Assembly (NCBI GenBank): GCA_964016885.1
Contig: OZ024740.1
Location: 199,082,001 to 199,146,000, forward strand
Direction of reading: 5' to 3'
Length of the DNA: 64,000 nucleotides
Source: Eledone cirrhosa
Lineage: Eukaryota
Made by a program: the position numbers and the translations under genes. The notes under the pieces were generated by a model. It saw only the letters and a list, made by a program, of their open reading frames with translations. It was not told where the DNA came from and did not search any database. Positions 25,595 to 39,849 of the stretch are shown here, piece after piece. The stretch's first letter is position 1. The number at the start of each line of letters is the position of its first letter.

Positions 25595-25758
25595 TATAAT
25601 GCAATAACATGATATAGAGTAATATATATATATAACGCAATAACATGATATAGAGTAATATATATATAACGCAATAAAATAATATGGGTAATGTAGACAT
25701 AACGAAATAAAATAATATAGAGTTATATATATATATAATGCAATAAAATATTACACAG

Positions 25759-25792
<34 letters not shown>

Positions 25793-25850
25793 CGCATTAA
25801 AAAAATAGTGTAATATAACGCAATAAAAAATATATAGTGTAATATATAAA
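25595..25850. repeat. ~33 bp AT-rich minisatellite
   Basis: Repeated tataacgcaataa(c/a)atgatatagagtaatata. Confidence 0.8.
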
Positions 25851-26257
25851 ATTAAATATATTTAAATGTAATTTGCAAATAATTTCTGATCATATATAAT
25901 TTGAAAAGTTATAATTAATTTTAGTATAAAGTGTTCGTCATATTGTAGTGTACGTTGCAGTTTTTTCGGTCAACAGATGCTTATTTCACATTCATTTAGT
26001 CTACTGAACTTATGCCTTTGCTGCCGAGACAAAATGAAACTGAAAGCTCATGGACTTTTGCTTATGAACATCGGCCGCTGATGCACATTCGCATAGCGCA
26101 ACGCACTGTTAGAAGAAAGCGGATAATCAAGAAACAGTGCCACCACATTCTCGCCCTCTGTTAAGATAACAGTGACATCTTCACAGCTTACAAATGTATG
26201 GAAGCGAGGCGAAAAAGATGTATCGAATATGCTTTCATAGAACACACACTCACACTA

Positions 26258-26338
<81 letters not shown>

Positions 26339-26470
26339 TGTGGTTACACAACAGATAGTTCACCATTCCGAGGTATGGTGAACTAACTGTTGTGTAACCA
26401 CTTCTACCTAACTCGCCCCATGGACTGAGTGCTCTACCACTACGGATATTACCTTCCAGTGTTCTACCAC

Positions 26471-26489
<19 letters not shown>

Positions 26490-26508
<19 letters not shown>

Positions 26509-26725
26509 AATGGCAATTTCTGTCTGTTTGTGTGTGTTTCTCTGTGGATTTGTTTGTGAACCTAAGACTCAAAAAGTGCCAAACCGATATTTGTTTGTAA
26601 TATTGTTTCGTAAATGAATCTGTCTTCGGTTTTGATTATCTGTCCTATATTTTGATTTCATTTGTGGTCTGAAAGGCATTGGGCATTTTAATTGGAACTG
26701 GGAATACCCCCGCTCCCTCAGCTAG
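26490..26725 (+). mobile_element. Short Helitron-like relic
   Basis: tctgtctgtttgtg...aaccgat 5' region similar to 42527-42600; decayed hairpin then cagCTAG|T at 26722-26726. Confidence 0.45.
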
Positions 26726-26785
<60 letters not shown>

Positions 26786-26791
26786 GTATAC

Positions 26792-27640
26792 ATTGTTATA
26801 TTTGAGGAAGGTCATGTTGCAAAAAGAAATAATTACACGCACCATATAATTTCCAGTTTGTTTTATCATTATTGTTGGTTATACATATTTTTGAAGGTTC
26901 TCTCGTCACACACTTTGTGACCTCCTCAATGATTATTTATTGCTGGTTTTAACCTTCTATTGCATCTTGTCTTCACTTGTTTTGTAGTGAGTTTTTTTAT
27001 TGTTTCATATCTGCACATGTGTTTGTGTATGGGGCTTTATGTGTTTTTATGTTTGCAATATGTACGTGTGTTTTATGTGTGTGTCTTTGTATCATTTGCT
27101 GTTTTCATGTTTGTGTCTTTTTCTTTCTTTATCCTGTCTCCAGTCGCTAAATTACGTGCTGTTACTATTTTATTCGTGTTTTCAGTTCAGGCTAAAACTG
27201 TCAATGACGGCGGTTGGCAAAGTGCCTCAGAGGACAGAGATCAGATATTCTGTTATGTGTGTGGTCTCGGTAAATGGTCGCGTCAGTTCTATTTTTGGAT
27301 ATGATCTTTATTTCTGGTATCTATTAAGCCCTCGTGTTCTAGTTGTTCGTGTTGGTCTAGTACTGATGAGCTTTTCTCCTTAAATTATCGCCAGTTTTTC
27401 TTTATTCTCTCTCCTATACTACGAGTTGTCTCTCCTATGTATGTCGTTGTGTTGTTTCTGCATTGTACCTCTCTATATCTTATCCCGTAGCTTGCATTTC
27501 CACTTTTACAGTTCATCTGTGGAATTATCTTACACGTTTCTATCAGTACATGGGGTTATCCTAAAGGGCTATGTCGTACTGATTCGGAATTTTATGGTAG
27601 TTCCTGGGTTTTCTACTATTTTAATCCTAATTTTAATTTT
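26792..27640 (-). mobile_element. Old PLE lineage B copy (endonuclease relic plus pLTR)
   Basis: Terminus ttgttatatttgaggaaggtcatgttgc matches the lineage B end; tYIGETtrsigE-like relic near 27410-27450; decayed HHR at ~26890-26932. Confidence 0.7.
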
Positions 27641-28139
27641 TATCTCCATAATGTTTGAGTTAAGCCATGTGTTGTATGTGTCTTCTTTCACTTTGTTGGA
27701 TCGCACACATGGTACGCATTTTTCATCACTCTTTGTGTCTGCTATCAAGATATTGAACTACTGGGGCAGGAACAGCTAAGGTTGTATTTATCTGGCTATT
27801 CTCTGCAACAGTGTCAAATTTTCGGAACCACACATCGCCCCCGCTGATCATTTCCACGCATTTTGGTTATTGAAATATAACCAGGTTAGAATAATGTAGA
27901 TCAAGTGAAACAATTGGCTTGGACCGCCAGTTTTGAGGATTTCACTACAGGTTCTATGTAAAAGTCATAAGTTTGCGGCTAATATTTGCTAATTCAAATT
28001 CTTTCATTCAGTTCTGTCATTTTCAAGTATAACATGTACGTATATTTATTTGCTCGTACATAAATCATACCATTACGTTCCTCCTGTGACTCAGGATTTA
28101 AAGGTCTTAACTTGAAAATAAATCACATATATTTAACTA

Positions 28140-28410
28140 TTTAACAGTGAGTATTACAAATCTTCTTCCCCTTCTTCTCGCACTGAGAGAATCTTAGGGG
28201 TTGAGTCGACAAACACCCATTCCAGCGGTTCGTTTCAGAAACAACCATTTCCAAATGATCCGGTTGTATCCCCAAACGGGACCGGCCGAGCTCATATATG
28301 TTATTCAGCCATCTTGCTCGTGCTCTACATTGGCTCACCTGCCAGTTGTTTTAGCCCGTAAAATCTGTCCTGCGACTTCATACTGAGAAGTTCTAACCAC
28401 ATGCCTAATT
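28140..28410 (-). mobile_element. RTE-like LINE 3' fragment
   Basis: RARARWLNNIYELGRSRLGIQPDHLEMVVSETNRW, homologous to 24750-24962. Confidence 0.7.
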
Positions 28411-28987
28411 AGAGAAAATGAAATAAGACTCCTATTGCCTTCGAATTATTACAATACTACAAGTTGGAATCTGGCTTAATTGTCTTATCTCGACTGGTCT
28501 TATTACTACTTGAAATGGAATCCAGATTAAATATGTAGCTTAGATCTATTAACAGATTTCCACGCAATATTCATCAGTGATCACTTCATACTATTATTGA
28601 AATTAAAACCAAACTATTTATGTGTGACCTGCCTTCGTTCATTTACATTCAGTAATCGTCCTTTACGAAAGATAATTGATTCTTGCATGTGTTCTTGCAC
28701 AAACCATAAACATATACAACAGGCCTATCTACTTAAATGTGGCCAATGCAATGTTTGTATGTTATATTAATCTAATACCGCATCATTTACTTTACCTCGT
28801 AAGGTAAATTTCACCGACACGATCCTGCTATTTGCATTAAAATAATTATCCATGCTACAATCGGAGGCGATATATATAAATGCAAACAAAAGTAATAATA
28901 ACAGAATTTAAACATTTGAAAAGTTAAAAGGAACAACCGAAGTCATGTCATGCACACACGCACATGCGCGTTCACACACACACACAC

Positions 28988-29590
<603 letters not shown>

Positions 29591-30007
29591 TGGAAGTGCA
29601 ATGCTCACTCACTACAGCCGCCATCCCTTTCCAAAACATTACCTCAGAAACATAGATAATCTTATTTGGTATTGTCATTTGCTGCAGTAATTTAAACCTG
29701 AGATTTTCTCCTTTAGTAGTGAATATATTGAAAGTAACGTCTTCTGGCAACACTGCAATCACTCCCATACTGAGAATTTGAAAAGACTGACATTTCTATG
29801 GTATGCCAAACCACAATTAGAGTCTCGTTTGAATGGGAATTCCTTGTGAATATTGTCTCAATTCTCAATATATTCTACATTCCACTTTCCGTTACATTTA
29901 CTTCACTGCATAATGGGTAAAACATTCAACACTGATACGAGTTTGTGATAAATAAAGTTACTTCTCATTTACTGTTATGTACGATAGAGAATCACACATT
30001 CGTGTAA

Positions 30008-30065
<58 letters not shown>

Positions 30066-30167
30066 GTGTGTTTTGGCGTGTGTCGATATGTGTGTGAGTA
30101 CCTATCCATGGTTTCGATAACCTCGTACATCCAGCACCAACCTCCTACCATTGTCAATTACCGAAGC

Positions 30168-30275
<108 letters not shown>

Positions 30276-30419
30276 TATTCCTTTACATAAGAAAGTCGCA
30301 GCGTGAAACTGTGTTCTGACAAATGGACCAGCTATATGTTTTAATGTTTTATTTTGGATCTGCAAATACACACACGCAGCCATATATAGCCGGTCATTCC
30401 TAGTTTCCCAGTATATTTT

Positions 30420-31410
30420 CACATCCATAGCATTTCAACTAGTGGCTCTCAATACATTTTTCGGCAACGAAAGATTGCATGTGTCACGTCTGATGGTTGC
30501 TTATACATTTGGTTGGAGTTGAACAATTTGTCGTCGCAGCATTTCAATCTCCTCAGTTCCTCGGCGATTTCTCGAACATGATCTGCACCGACTTTGATAT
30601 GGTGACACAACACCGTTCTGGTTTCTGCGTCTTCTTTCCAGGACTTAGGGTGAATGTTGGAGCTTTTTGTCTATTTCAATTACTCTTTGAAACGCTGCAT
30701 AACCTATTGACTGTGCTGTGTTCGCTGTAGGGGGTTTGACGGGTCAATCAGCTGTTATTCATCCGCTGGAAGTGACCCGGTCCATCAGAAGCGTGGTTTC
30801 ATGAGGATAGTATCAATTCAGTTGTTGCCAATCTGTTTAAGGACTACAAGGTTGCTGACAGTCTTCCCATGTGATGCACATAATTGACCGAATATTGTAT
30901 TGATGAAATCGGTCCAGTATTTGCATGAGCCGACAGTGAAAATCCACATTTCACAACCATAAATTTATGTGAAAAGTCACAGCTTGATATATCATGAATT
31001 TCTTTTGGAGTTCCAGACTTTGTTTCAGAAGACACGATATAATAGTTTCCAAATACGCCATGACCTCATAGGATTCTGTTCGGGACATCATTCTCAGTGT
31101 TAAATTATGTGGAATGGTCCTACCAAAGTATTAGAACTGATATACTTGTTCTAACACTGTATTGGAGATACTGTGTTGAAATGTTGAAAGAGAGCAGTTG
31201 GAGAAGGAATTGCAGGTGTTTTTGACTTTTCGATATGTGTCCTGGCCAGTCTTTGTGATCGGAGTCTGAATATATTATAGTATTCACCAAAGCAGTACTT
31301 GGTAAATAAACCTGGGTTAGGGTTGGTAGGCTGGAGGTCGTGAAGCATAGCTGCAAAGAATAGCGATAGCAAGTTTGGAGCAAGTACACATGCTTTCTTT
31401 AAGCCATTAT
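30420..31410 (-). mobile_element. Highly decayed RTE (BovB-like) LINE
   Basis: NGLKKACVLAPNLLSLFFAAML resembles the RTE RT motif GVKQGCVLAP; QRFKE.LK...SWKEDAETR C-terminal relic at 30600-30720. Confidence 0.65.
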
Positions 31411-31434
31411 TTTGGCGTGTCCAGGGCGATAGAT

Positions 31435-31625
31435 TGGCGGTAGATTGGCAGTATCGGTAGAGGGTCGGACGCCATGCTTTGACGCATAGAGTTACGTCCC
31501 TTGCCATTCTGAGTTCAAATCCCGCCAAGGTTAACTTTGCCTTTCATCCTTACGGGGTCGATAAAATAAAGTACCAGTAATATACTGGGTAATTGCTGGC
31601 CTTGTGCCAAAAGTAGAAACAATTA
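31435..31625 (+). mobile_element. SINE family 2, full length, with long TSD
   Basis: A-box-like TGGCAGTATCGG; B box GAGTTCAAATCC (31511-31522); TSD attattttggcgtgtccagg(g/t)cgata at 31406 and 31622. Confidence 0.9.
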
Positions 31626-31860
31626 TTTTGGCGTGTCCAGGTCGATAAAAAAGAATCAGTTCAGTACTGGGGTTGATTCTTCTTCTATAGACATAAATCG
31701 GCTGTGTTCAAACTTGGAGATTATTGGGCTCCGCTAGGTTTCAAGTACCATAGACACGCCCTATGATGGTGTCTATACGACTCACAAGGAATCCTTTATA
31801 TCTTGATGATATCCTGAAGAATTCTCACGAATGAAACAGTTCTAGTCCTGTAGAAGCTCT

Positions 31861-31917
<57 letters not shown>

Positions 31918-32066
31918 TTCGAGAGAATAATATGAAATTATGTATTTTCAATGGATTTCGATATGTTCCTCTGAGAAACTATTGTAAGAAAACAATGGCT
32001 TCATTACTACATTTGTTTTTATTATCCTGCGGTTCAATTACACACACACACCAACACACACGCACG

Positions 32067-32182
<116 letters not shown>

Positions 32183-32199
32183 CACATATGTGTGTATTT

Positions 32200-33140
32200 C
32201 CCGGACTGGACTCCTTCTCCCTCCCGATGACCTCTGCGGAATTCCTTCCTTGGTCACATTTCGACTAGGTTTGATGGTCTTTATTCTCTCTCGTTCTCGA
32301 TTTCACAACTATATTCATGGAAATCTGGGACTTGACTCTTTCTTCCTCACTTTTCGTTGCTTTACCATCTTTGTTTGTTTACACTCGCGCTCGTTCCCCT
32401 TATTTACGCGTCCCAACGACTTTCTTTAGTCGTTGCTCGCACCAACCGGAGGTATATGGTCTTTAAAGCGATGAAATACCAATGATGGTTGGAATATCAC
32501 TGATGAAGGACTAACTTTATTCATATGTAACCCATTTGCAACCACGCAGCACGTTTGTTTTCATATTCACACATATTTTCCCCCGCTGTGACCCGTCTAT
32601 TTCGTTCCTACTGCTTCCTCTTTCTCTGTATCTTTACCCTCTCTAACAGCCACTCTCTCTGTTAGCCTCTTCCTCACCCTTCACTCACTCACTCTCTGTT
32701 ACTACCTCTCCTACTTCCTCCCGTTTTACCTGTGCGTAATTCTTTTCTCGCGCACGCTTGACCAGGCTGGTTCCTTTTTTCTCTCCTGTCTACGATTTCA
32801 CAGAACTTATGTTCACCGAATTCACGGACTGCACTCCTTTCTCCCCCCGTTTGACCTGTGCGGAATTCCTTCCTTGCTCACATTTCGACTAGATTTGATG
32901 TTTTTTATTCTCTCTCGTCCACGATTTCACCGAAATTATATTCATGGAAATCTGGCCTTGACTCTTTCTTCCTCATCTCTTCGTTGCTTTGTTTGTTTAC
33001 ACTCTCGCTCGTTCCCCTTATTTACGTGTCCTAATGATTTTCTTTAGCCGTTGCTCGCACCAACCGGAGGTTTATGGTCTTTAAAGCGATGAAATACCAA
33101 TGATGGTTGGAAGATCACTGATGAAGGACTAACTTTATTT
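32200..33140 (+). repeat. Diverged tandem repeat, ~618 bp period, bounded by (TA)n, each unit with CTGATGAAGGA
   Basis: 32200-32522 recurs at 32825-33140; CTGATGA at 32500 and 33118. Confidence 0.8.
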
Positions 33141-33154
33141 ATATATATATTCTA

Positions 33155-33364
33155 GTCGATCGACTTTCGTCAAATCGGACCGAGGAAACTATGTTTCCGT
33201 TGGTCTTTCCAATTGCTAATACTATCTATCGGTCGCAACTCCAGGTAGAAGGAGCAACGTGAAATAAAGTGTCTTGCTCAAGGACATAACGCATCGCCTG
33301 GTTCAGGAATCGAACTCACAACCTCACGATTGTGAATCCAATACTCTAACCACTCAGCCACACG
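33155..33364 (-). mobile_element. SINE family 1
   Basis: Reverse complement of 1598-1815; A and B boxes intact (ggaatcgaactc, ccactcagcca on + strand). Confidence 0.85.
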
Positions 33365-34460
33365 AATATACATAAATGCATGTTTGTTAGATCATGTGAC
33401 CTTATCGACGAGAGATAGTTTTAATAGTTGTTGAAATTTCAACTGAGGAATACATTTTTCCAGCTACAGTATATTTAACACAAATGTTTGATGCACAGTA
33501 TAGTCGAGAAAAAGAAACGTGTCATTTAGTGAATGTTAATCGCGATTATTAAATAAATATATATTATAATTCTGCCCTAAATAATGACATGACGAGAATT
33601 AATGTTATCTCATTAAACTTCCTAATACATATATTTATTTCTATATTATTCTTGTAAATTATAATTTTCTAAGTCTTTCACGCATAATTATCAGCGGAAA
33701 AGATTAAAAGATAACCGTTTGCGTGTTATATACTGCCAGAATTCATACAGCTAATGTGTAAATGTAGATAATCGAATTCATGGAGATACTGTTGTCTTTC
33801 TTGTCGACACACATATAGAATTTATTTATCTATGTATTTGTTTCAAATAACATTAGAAAGTAATTTATTATATTTTCTTAAAGAACCCCGTGAATACAAC
33901 TTAGATTTAGAGAAGAATGCAATTAAATTTATACGTGAGGTAATGATTTCTAATATTTACTACAATATTTAATTACAATCGGTTTAAATACATCAATTCT
34001 AAATTTGCTTTCCATTTCAAGTTCATTAATGAACATGTATTGTAGAAAATGAATCGGAAAATGTAATACTATATACATACAAATGTTTATGTATCCTTTC
34101 ATTCTGCCACACACAGATACTCACATAACATTCACTCACCCTCTCTCTCTCCTTTTCTCTCTAACTCTCCACCTATAAGCGCAAGATATTTTGATTCAAT
34201 ACCTCTAATAGATTTTGCTTGAGATAGTTTTGGCCAAATACCTAGATACAGTCCTGCGCCTATACTACAGACTTAGCTGCAAGAAATATAAATATAAATA
34301 TATTGACGTTATCATTAAAAATTAAATCACTGAAGCAGTAACAGAATGAGCACAAAATACATATGTGTATTATTGTAAGAATTTTGATAAATAGGAGAAT
34401 GTTTACATAAACACACACACATACAACCACCTATGTATATATATATATATTCACACACAC

Positions 34461-34492
<32 letters not shown>

Positions 34493-34497
34493 GCATT

Positions 34498-34533
<36 letters not shown>

Positions 34534-35157
34534 AATATATATATATATATGGTGGGTGAAAGGAAATTCAATATTAAAATTGTTAATAACTTTAAATATT
34601 ATTGGTCGAGTTTTATGAAATATGATACATTTTAGAGAGTGTAATGACAGAATTACAGCAGTGTGTTAAAATTCTACTAGAGTTGTCCAGCAGTAATCTG
34701 GGTATCGGCTCGACTGATTCAATAAGGAACTCGGTATATTGGCCAATGCGTTCCTGCAATTGAGTCAGATGTTTTGATCGTCAGTTATGAACTTCTAGAT
34801 TCGCCCCCCACCATCCAGGAAAAATTGCATGATGTTAAGTTAGGGCTTCGTGCAGGCCATTCCGGTGAACCTAGAAGACCCAAGCTACATCATTAAAATT
34901 GGTCATCAAGCCATTCAGGGATAGTACATGCGAAGTATTACATGAATATAAGGTCATTGATATTGTCGAAAGTGGTAACAGTAGGCCAAATATTACAAGT
35001 AATTTCCAATAGGGAATTTCATTTACCCCCCCCCCCCCCCCGCACACGTACACACCTCTCTCTATATATATATAGATATATAATTATTTTGTCTGATGAA
35101 CAAACTGGAGGTTTCTTGAAGGAATCTTCTAGTTATATATACATACATATATACATA

Positions 35158-35240
<83 letters not shown>

Positions 35241-35284
35241 GTAGAAGTTATATTTAATTTGTTGGGATACAACAAGCAAATATT

Positions 35285-35750
<466 letters not shown>

Positions 35751-36365
35751 TGTATAACCTCTACATATATATATATATATATAAATATACATATGTGTTT
35801 ACACGTTTGTGTTTATATATATATGTATATGTGTGTCTGTATATATATACATGCCTGTGTGTTCTTGAATGTGTGTATATATATATGCGTGTATGTGTGT
35901 ATGTGTGTGTATGCATGAGCTTATATCTGTATGAAATATATGGGTACCTGAAATAATGTAGAGTCGAAAAAGTCGAACAACTAGAAATATTTGGGAAGAA
36001 AATAATATACAAATGATTCTGAGAGATTCATACATACGCCAAGAATCACGGAGCTGATCTGAATTAATTTTAATAACGAAGTAAATAATTACTGTTGGAA
36101 ATATTGGCAGGAATTCCTAGTACTTCGTTTGGTTTGAAAGTGTGTTTCTAGAAGAAATCAGCGGCTTCATTTAATCGTATGTAACTGTGTGACGTGTGTC
36201 TTGAAATGATGTTTCACATCGATATTTCCTGCAATTCATTTATAATATGGTAGAAAGTCTACTGTCTATTCATGGTTGTTGATTAAATCAATAGACAGAA
36301 AATCATGTCTAATTAATGGTACTACATGAGTCGAGACAGATTTCCTTTCTCACTCCTTCTCTTTT

Positions 36366-36412
<47 letters not shown>

Positions 36413-36574
36413 CACACACGTACGTAGTGTATCGGTAGAACGTGCCAATATCTAAATCATTGAAATGAATTACTACAATGAATTGTGTATGCACATATAC
36501 ATATCCATACATATATATAAATGCACAAACATAGACACACACACACTCTTTCTCTCTCTCTCTCACCCCCCACC

Positions 36575-36620
<46 letters not shown>

Positions 36621-37199
36621 CTCGTAAGTACATATGTTGCCAACTTCTTTATTAGGTAAATTGACAACATTAACGCTTACTGCATTGAAGATTGTTCGTT
36701 TTCTATTGTATCATTCCTATCAATTTGGAATTTCGGAAGTGGAAAATAATTTATGTCAGGAGGGAAATCTCTTCCTTATTGAAGACTTAACATGTTTAGA
36801 TATTGAAGATTCAGCAAATTTCTAAAATTATACTAATGCTAAGTAAAGAAATTTTCATTTTCGAAAAGAGATCTGTTGATCTACATAAATGTGATCTAAA
36901 AATTATGTGTAAAATCATAATTAGTATTGTTAACTTATGATATATAAGTACGTTGCTTATAATAAATAGTGTTATTTGAAAATAAGCAAATGTTCGTATT
37001 TCCTTTACATATATGTTGCCATAAAAACAATTTCACTCACATTTATTATTAGAATAATTAATCCATATAAATTTCATTGTGTTTATTTTTTTTTTCATTT
37101 TACAATCGATATTTGTATTTATAGCAATGTATAGAACATCAAGAACATATTTCGTTTGGTATTTGACTATGTTCGTAATGGCTTTCTTAGGCTAATTAT

Positions 37200-38200
37200 T
37201 TCCTACGGAAGTGCATCCTGCTGCAGAAGCAATGCACTGTTGCCAGTCTTGTAGGTCAATTATTTCTCAGGAGAGCCAGGCACGATGGGAACCTGCTATA
37301 CGAAACTAAGCAGTTGCTGGTTTCTTCGTTAATAAAAATAATCGTAGTTGTCAATACTCATGAGAAATCAGCGGGTAATTTTCAGTTCATAAAATAATAC
37401 AATAGAATGGAAAAACGAAAAAGAAATAGAAGGGAAAATATCTTAGGACACCCAGTATACTAATTGCTTCTGGCAAAACGATGACATCTGCCATATGTGC
37501 CCTGCAGGGTGACAATTCGGCTCTCTCTTGTTTACACTAGCTGTTACCGATATTGCCAAATCAGTCTACGCACCTTTTAAAGCCAATCATCCTATCCCTA
37601 TCACCTCTCAGGCTTGAGATTAATCCATCCTAGACATGATAAGTGTGAGCAGTGGTGAGACATCGTACTCAACATTCAGCCCATGGCGCACGTGAAATTT
37701 CTAAAAGTGATTCGTACATCCCCGGCTCTCCGATATTCCTGAATGTCATACATTGAGATGGCACAACTTCATCTGGTTTGTATGATGGAGAGATTGCGCT
37801 TTCTTTTTGATCAGGAACAGTTTCGCTCTCACCAAATTAATTTTTACACTGAGCACTTACGCGGATCACCAATTATCCACACCTCTGAAATCACCATTAA
37901 AGTTAAATTCGAGGGAACCGGCTTGAATTAATTGAAACTGCCAATGGCGTTCGTTGGCCTGGGCCTCCAAGCAACCTCTGACATGGAACAGCCGGCCTAT
38001 TTATCTGTCATCAACTTCAGTCGCATTCTTATGAGCAGGGTTCTTTGGAAGATGCGATAACATGAGGTGAAGAGGGAATTCGAGTAATCCTTGACCGATT
38101 GAATTGACAATAGATTTATCGTACCCAAGCTTGTAAAGTTTCAAAGTAACTGGGAATATATGATGTGCAGGGAATGTTTATGTGATTCGAACATTCCCTG
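37200..38200 (-). mobile_element. Possible ancient LINE RT relic
   Basis: Higher GC content; minus strand near 37990-38100 reads SCYRIFQRTLLIRM..DK*AG, weakly like the LINE RT N-terminal region. Confidence 0.35.
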
Positions 38201-38317
38201 AACGGTCTGTGTTACAACCGTTTTTGATGGTAAGTGAAAAATATCAGAGTAGATCAGACTTTTTCCTTAGTGGGTAGAGCCAATATTATATAAACAATAT
38301 AATATTTATATATATAT

Positions 38318-39425
38318 TGTTATGCTTCGGGAGGGTCATGTTGCCAATATAAAACACACGCACCAGTAGCTTTTACTCCAATTTATTATAAATTAAATTT
38401 ATAAATTTAAGAATTTATAAATTTCCGGTTGGTTGGTTCGTTCCATAACCCGACGGTTGTTCATATATTGTCAAAGTTCTTTCGTCACACATTCTGTGAC
38501 CTCTTCAGTGACTGGGGATTATTTTCTTTGTTTTGTGGCTATTCTTTGTTCTGTCCTACGCCATCTTGTTTTTTGTGTGCGTTGTGTGCTTAGTTTGCGC
38601 TTATTAGCAATACATTGCAGTTATTAGCAATACATACCCTTTTCAAAGATCTCCCTGTATAGATAAGAAATACATAATCTGTAATCTAAGCCCCCATATT
38701 AACTGTAAAACTAGAAATGTAGTATATAACATAATATGTACTGAATGACAATGTAAAGATAAGACTATAGTGTACTTAGGTGAGACAGCTCGTAGTATAG
38801 GAGAACGGTTAAATGAACACTGGCGAGAACTTCAAGATAAAAAAGAATCATCAATAATCCACCAACATGCTAAAATAGAACATACGCGCAAATTAGAGAA
38901 CATATTATTAAAAATAGAATCTACACACTGAAAAGATGCAATGTTTAGACAAATCACAGAGGCAATAAACATAAATGAACTCCAACCATAATTAAATAGA
39001 AAACATGAATGTAATATCAACATCACAACTTAAAATTAAGGACTAAATGAAAACACACACACACATAAACAAATAAACAAATAAATAAACAAATAAAAAC
39101 ACACACAGACACAAGGATGTAACACATGCTCAATCTAAGCACGCAACACACACACAAAAAGAAGATGGCACAAAACAAAGAAAAGAATCCCTAGTCATTG
39201 AAGAGGTCACATAATTTGTGACGAAAGAACTTTGACAATATATGAACAACCGTCCGGTTATGGAACCAACCAACCAACCGGAAATTTATAAATTCTTAAA
39301 TTTATGAATTTAATTTATAATAAATTGGAGTAAAAGAAATTGGTGCGTGTGTTTCTTATTGGCAACATGACCCTCCCAAAGCACAACAATATCGGTTTCA
39401 ACACACAAATTCAGAAACGAAATAC
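38318..39425. mobile_element. PLE-B foldback: short left arm (-) and longer right arm (+, endonuclease relic, pLTR, shortened tail)
   Basis: 38318-38600 mirrors ~39130-39390; HHRs at 38469-38513 (-) and 39194-39237 (+, core TTGAAGA); yLGETARSIGER near 38770-38810. Confidence 0.9.
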
Positions 39426-39533
39426 ATATATGACTGTGCGATACACGCTAAGTTTGGGAACAATGTGCGTTACATATACACACACTATCCAGTTTTTTAT
39501 TATATTTAGAAGTGATCAGGATACTAATTTCTC

Positions 39534-39614
39534 CACCCGCTGATGAGCTTCGGACGTTGGTACTCCTTTTCACAAAGAATATTGCGAAACAGTTCTATCA
39601 AAACTGTCCGGGTG
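39534..39614 (+). ncRNA. Canonical type I hammerhead ribozyme in a ~350 bp non-coding unit (39430-39780)
   Basis: cacccg CTGATGA gc...gc GAAA cagtt ctatcaa aactg TC cgggtg: 6 bp stem I, 6 bp stem III, GUC triplet, predicted cut after 39608. Confidence 0.85.
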
Positions 39615-39775
39615 TTCGGTTGTTGCCACAATTATTGTTTGTATTTATTTTTTCTTGATTTATTCTTAAATTGAGTCTGGCAAACCCTATTGTCTGTAGT
39701 TAGCGATTCTGGTCCATTACGATTTGAACACATATATGTATATGTCTGTGTTCGTTTTTCCTTTTTGTTCAGTTA

Positions 39776-39849
<74 letters not shown>

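Noticed and set aside
25595-25850. CRISPR-like repeat spacing
   Set aside because: Contiguous AT-rich minisatellite with no unique spacers, in a eukaryotic context.
31811-31850. CTGAAGA attc tcac gaat GAAAC...GTC hammerhead candidate
   Set aside because: Core and stem II are present but there is no stem I pairing; at best a relic.
35090-35130. CTGATGA hits at 35093 and 47945, and CTGACGA at 43979
   Set aside because: No properly placed GAAA, UH or stems.
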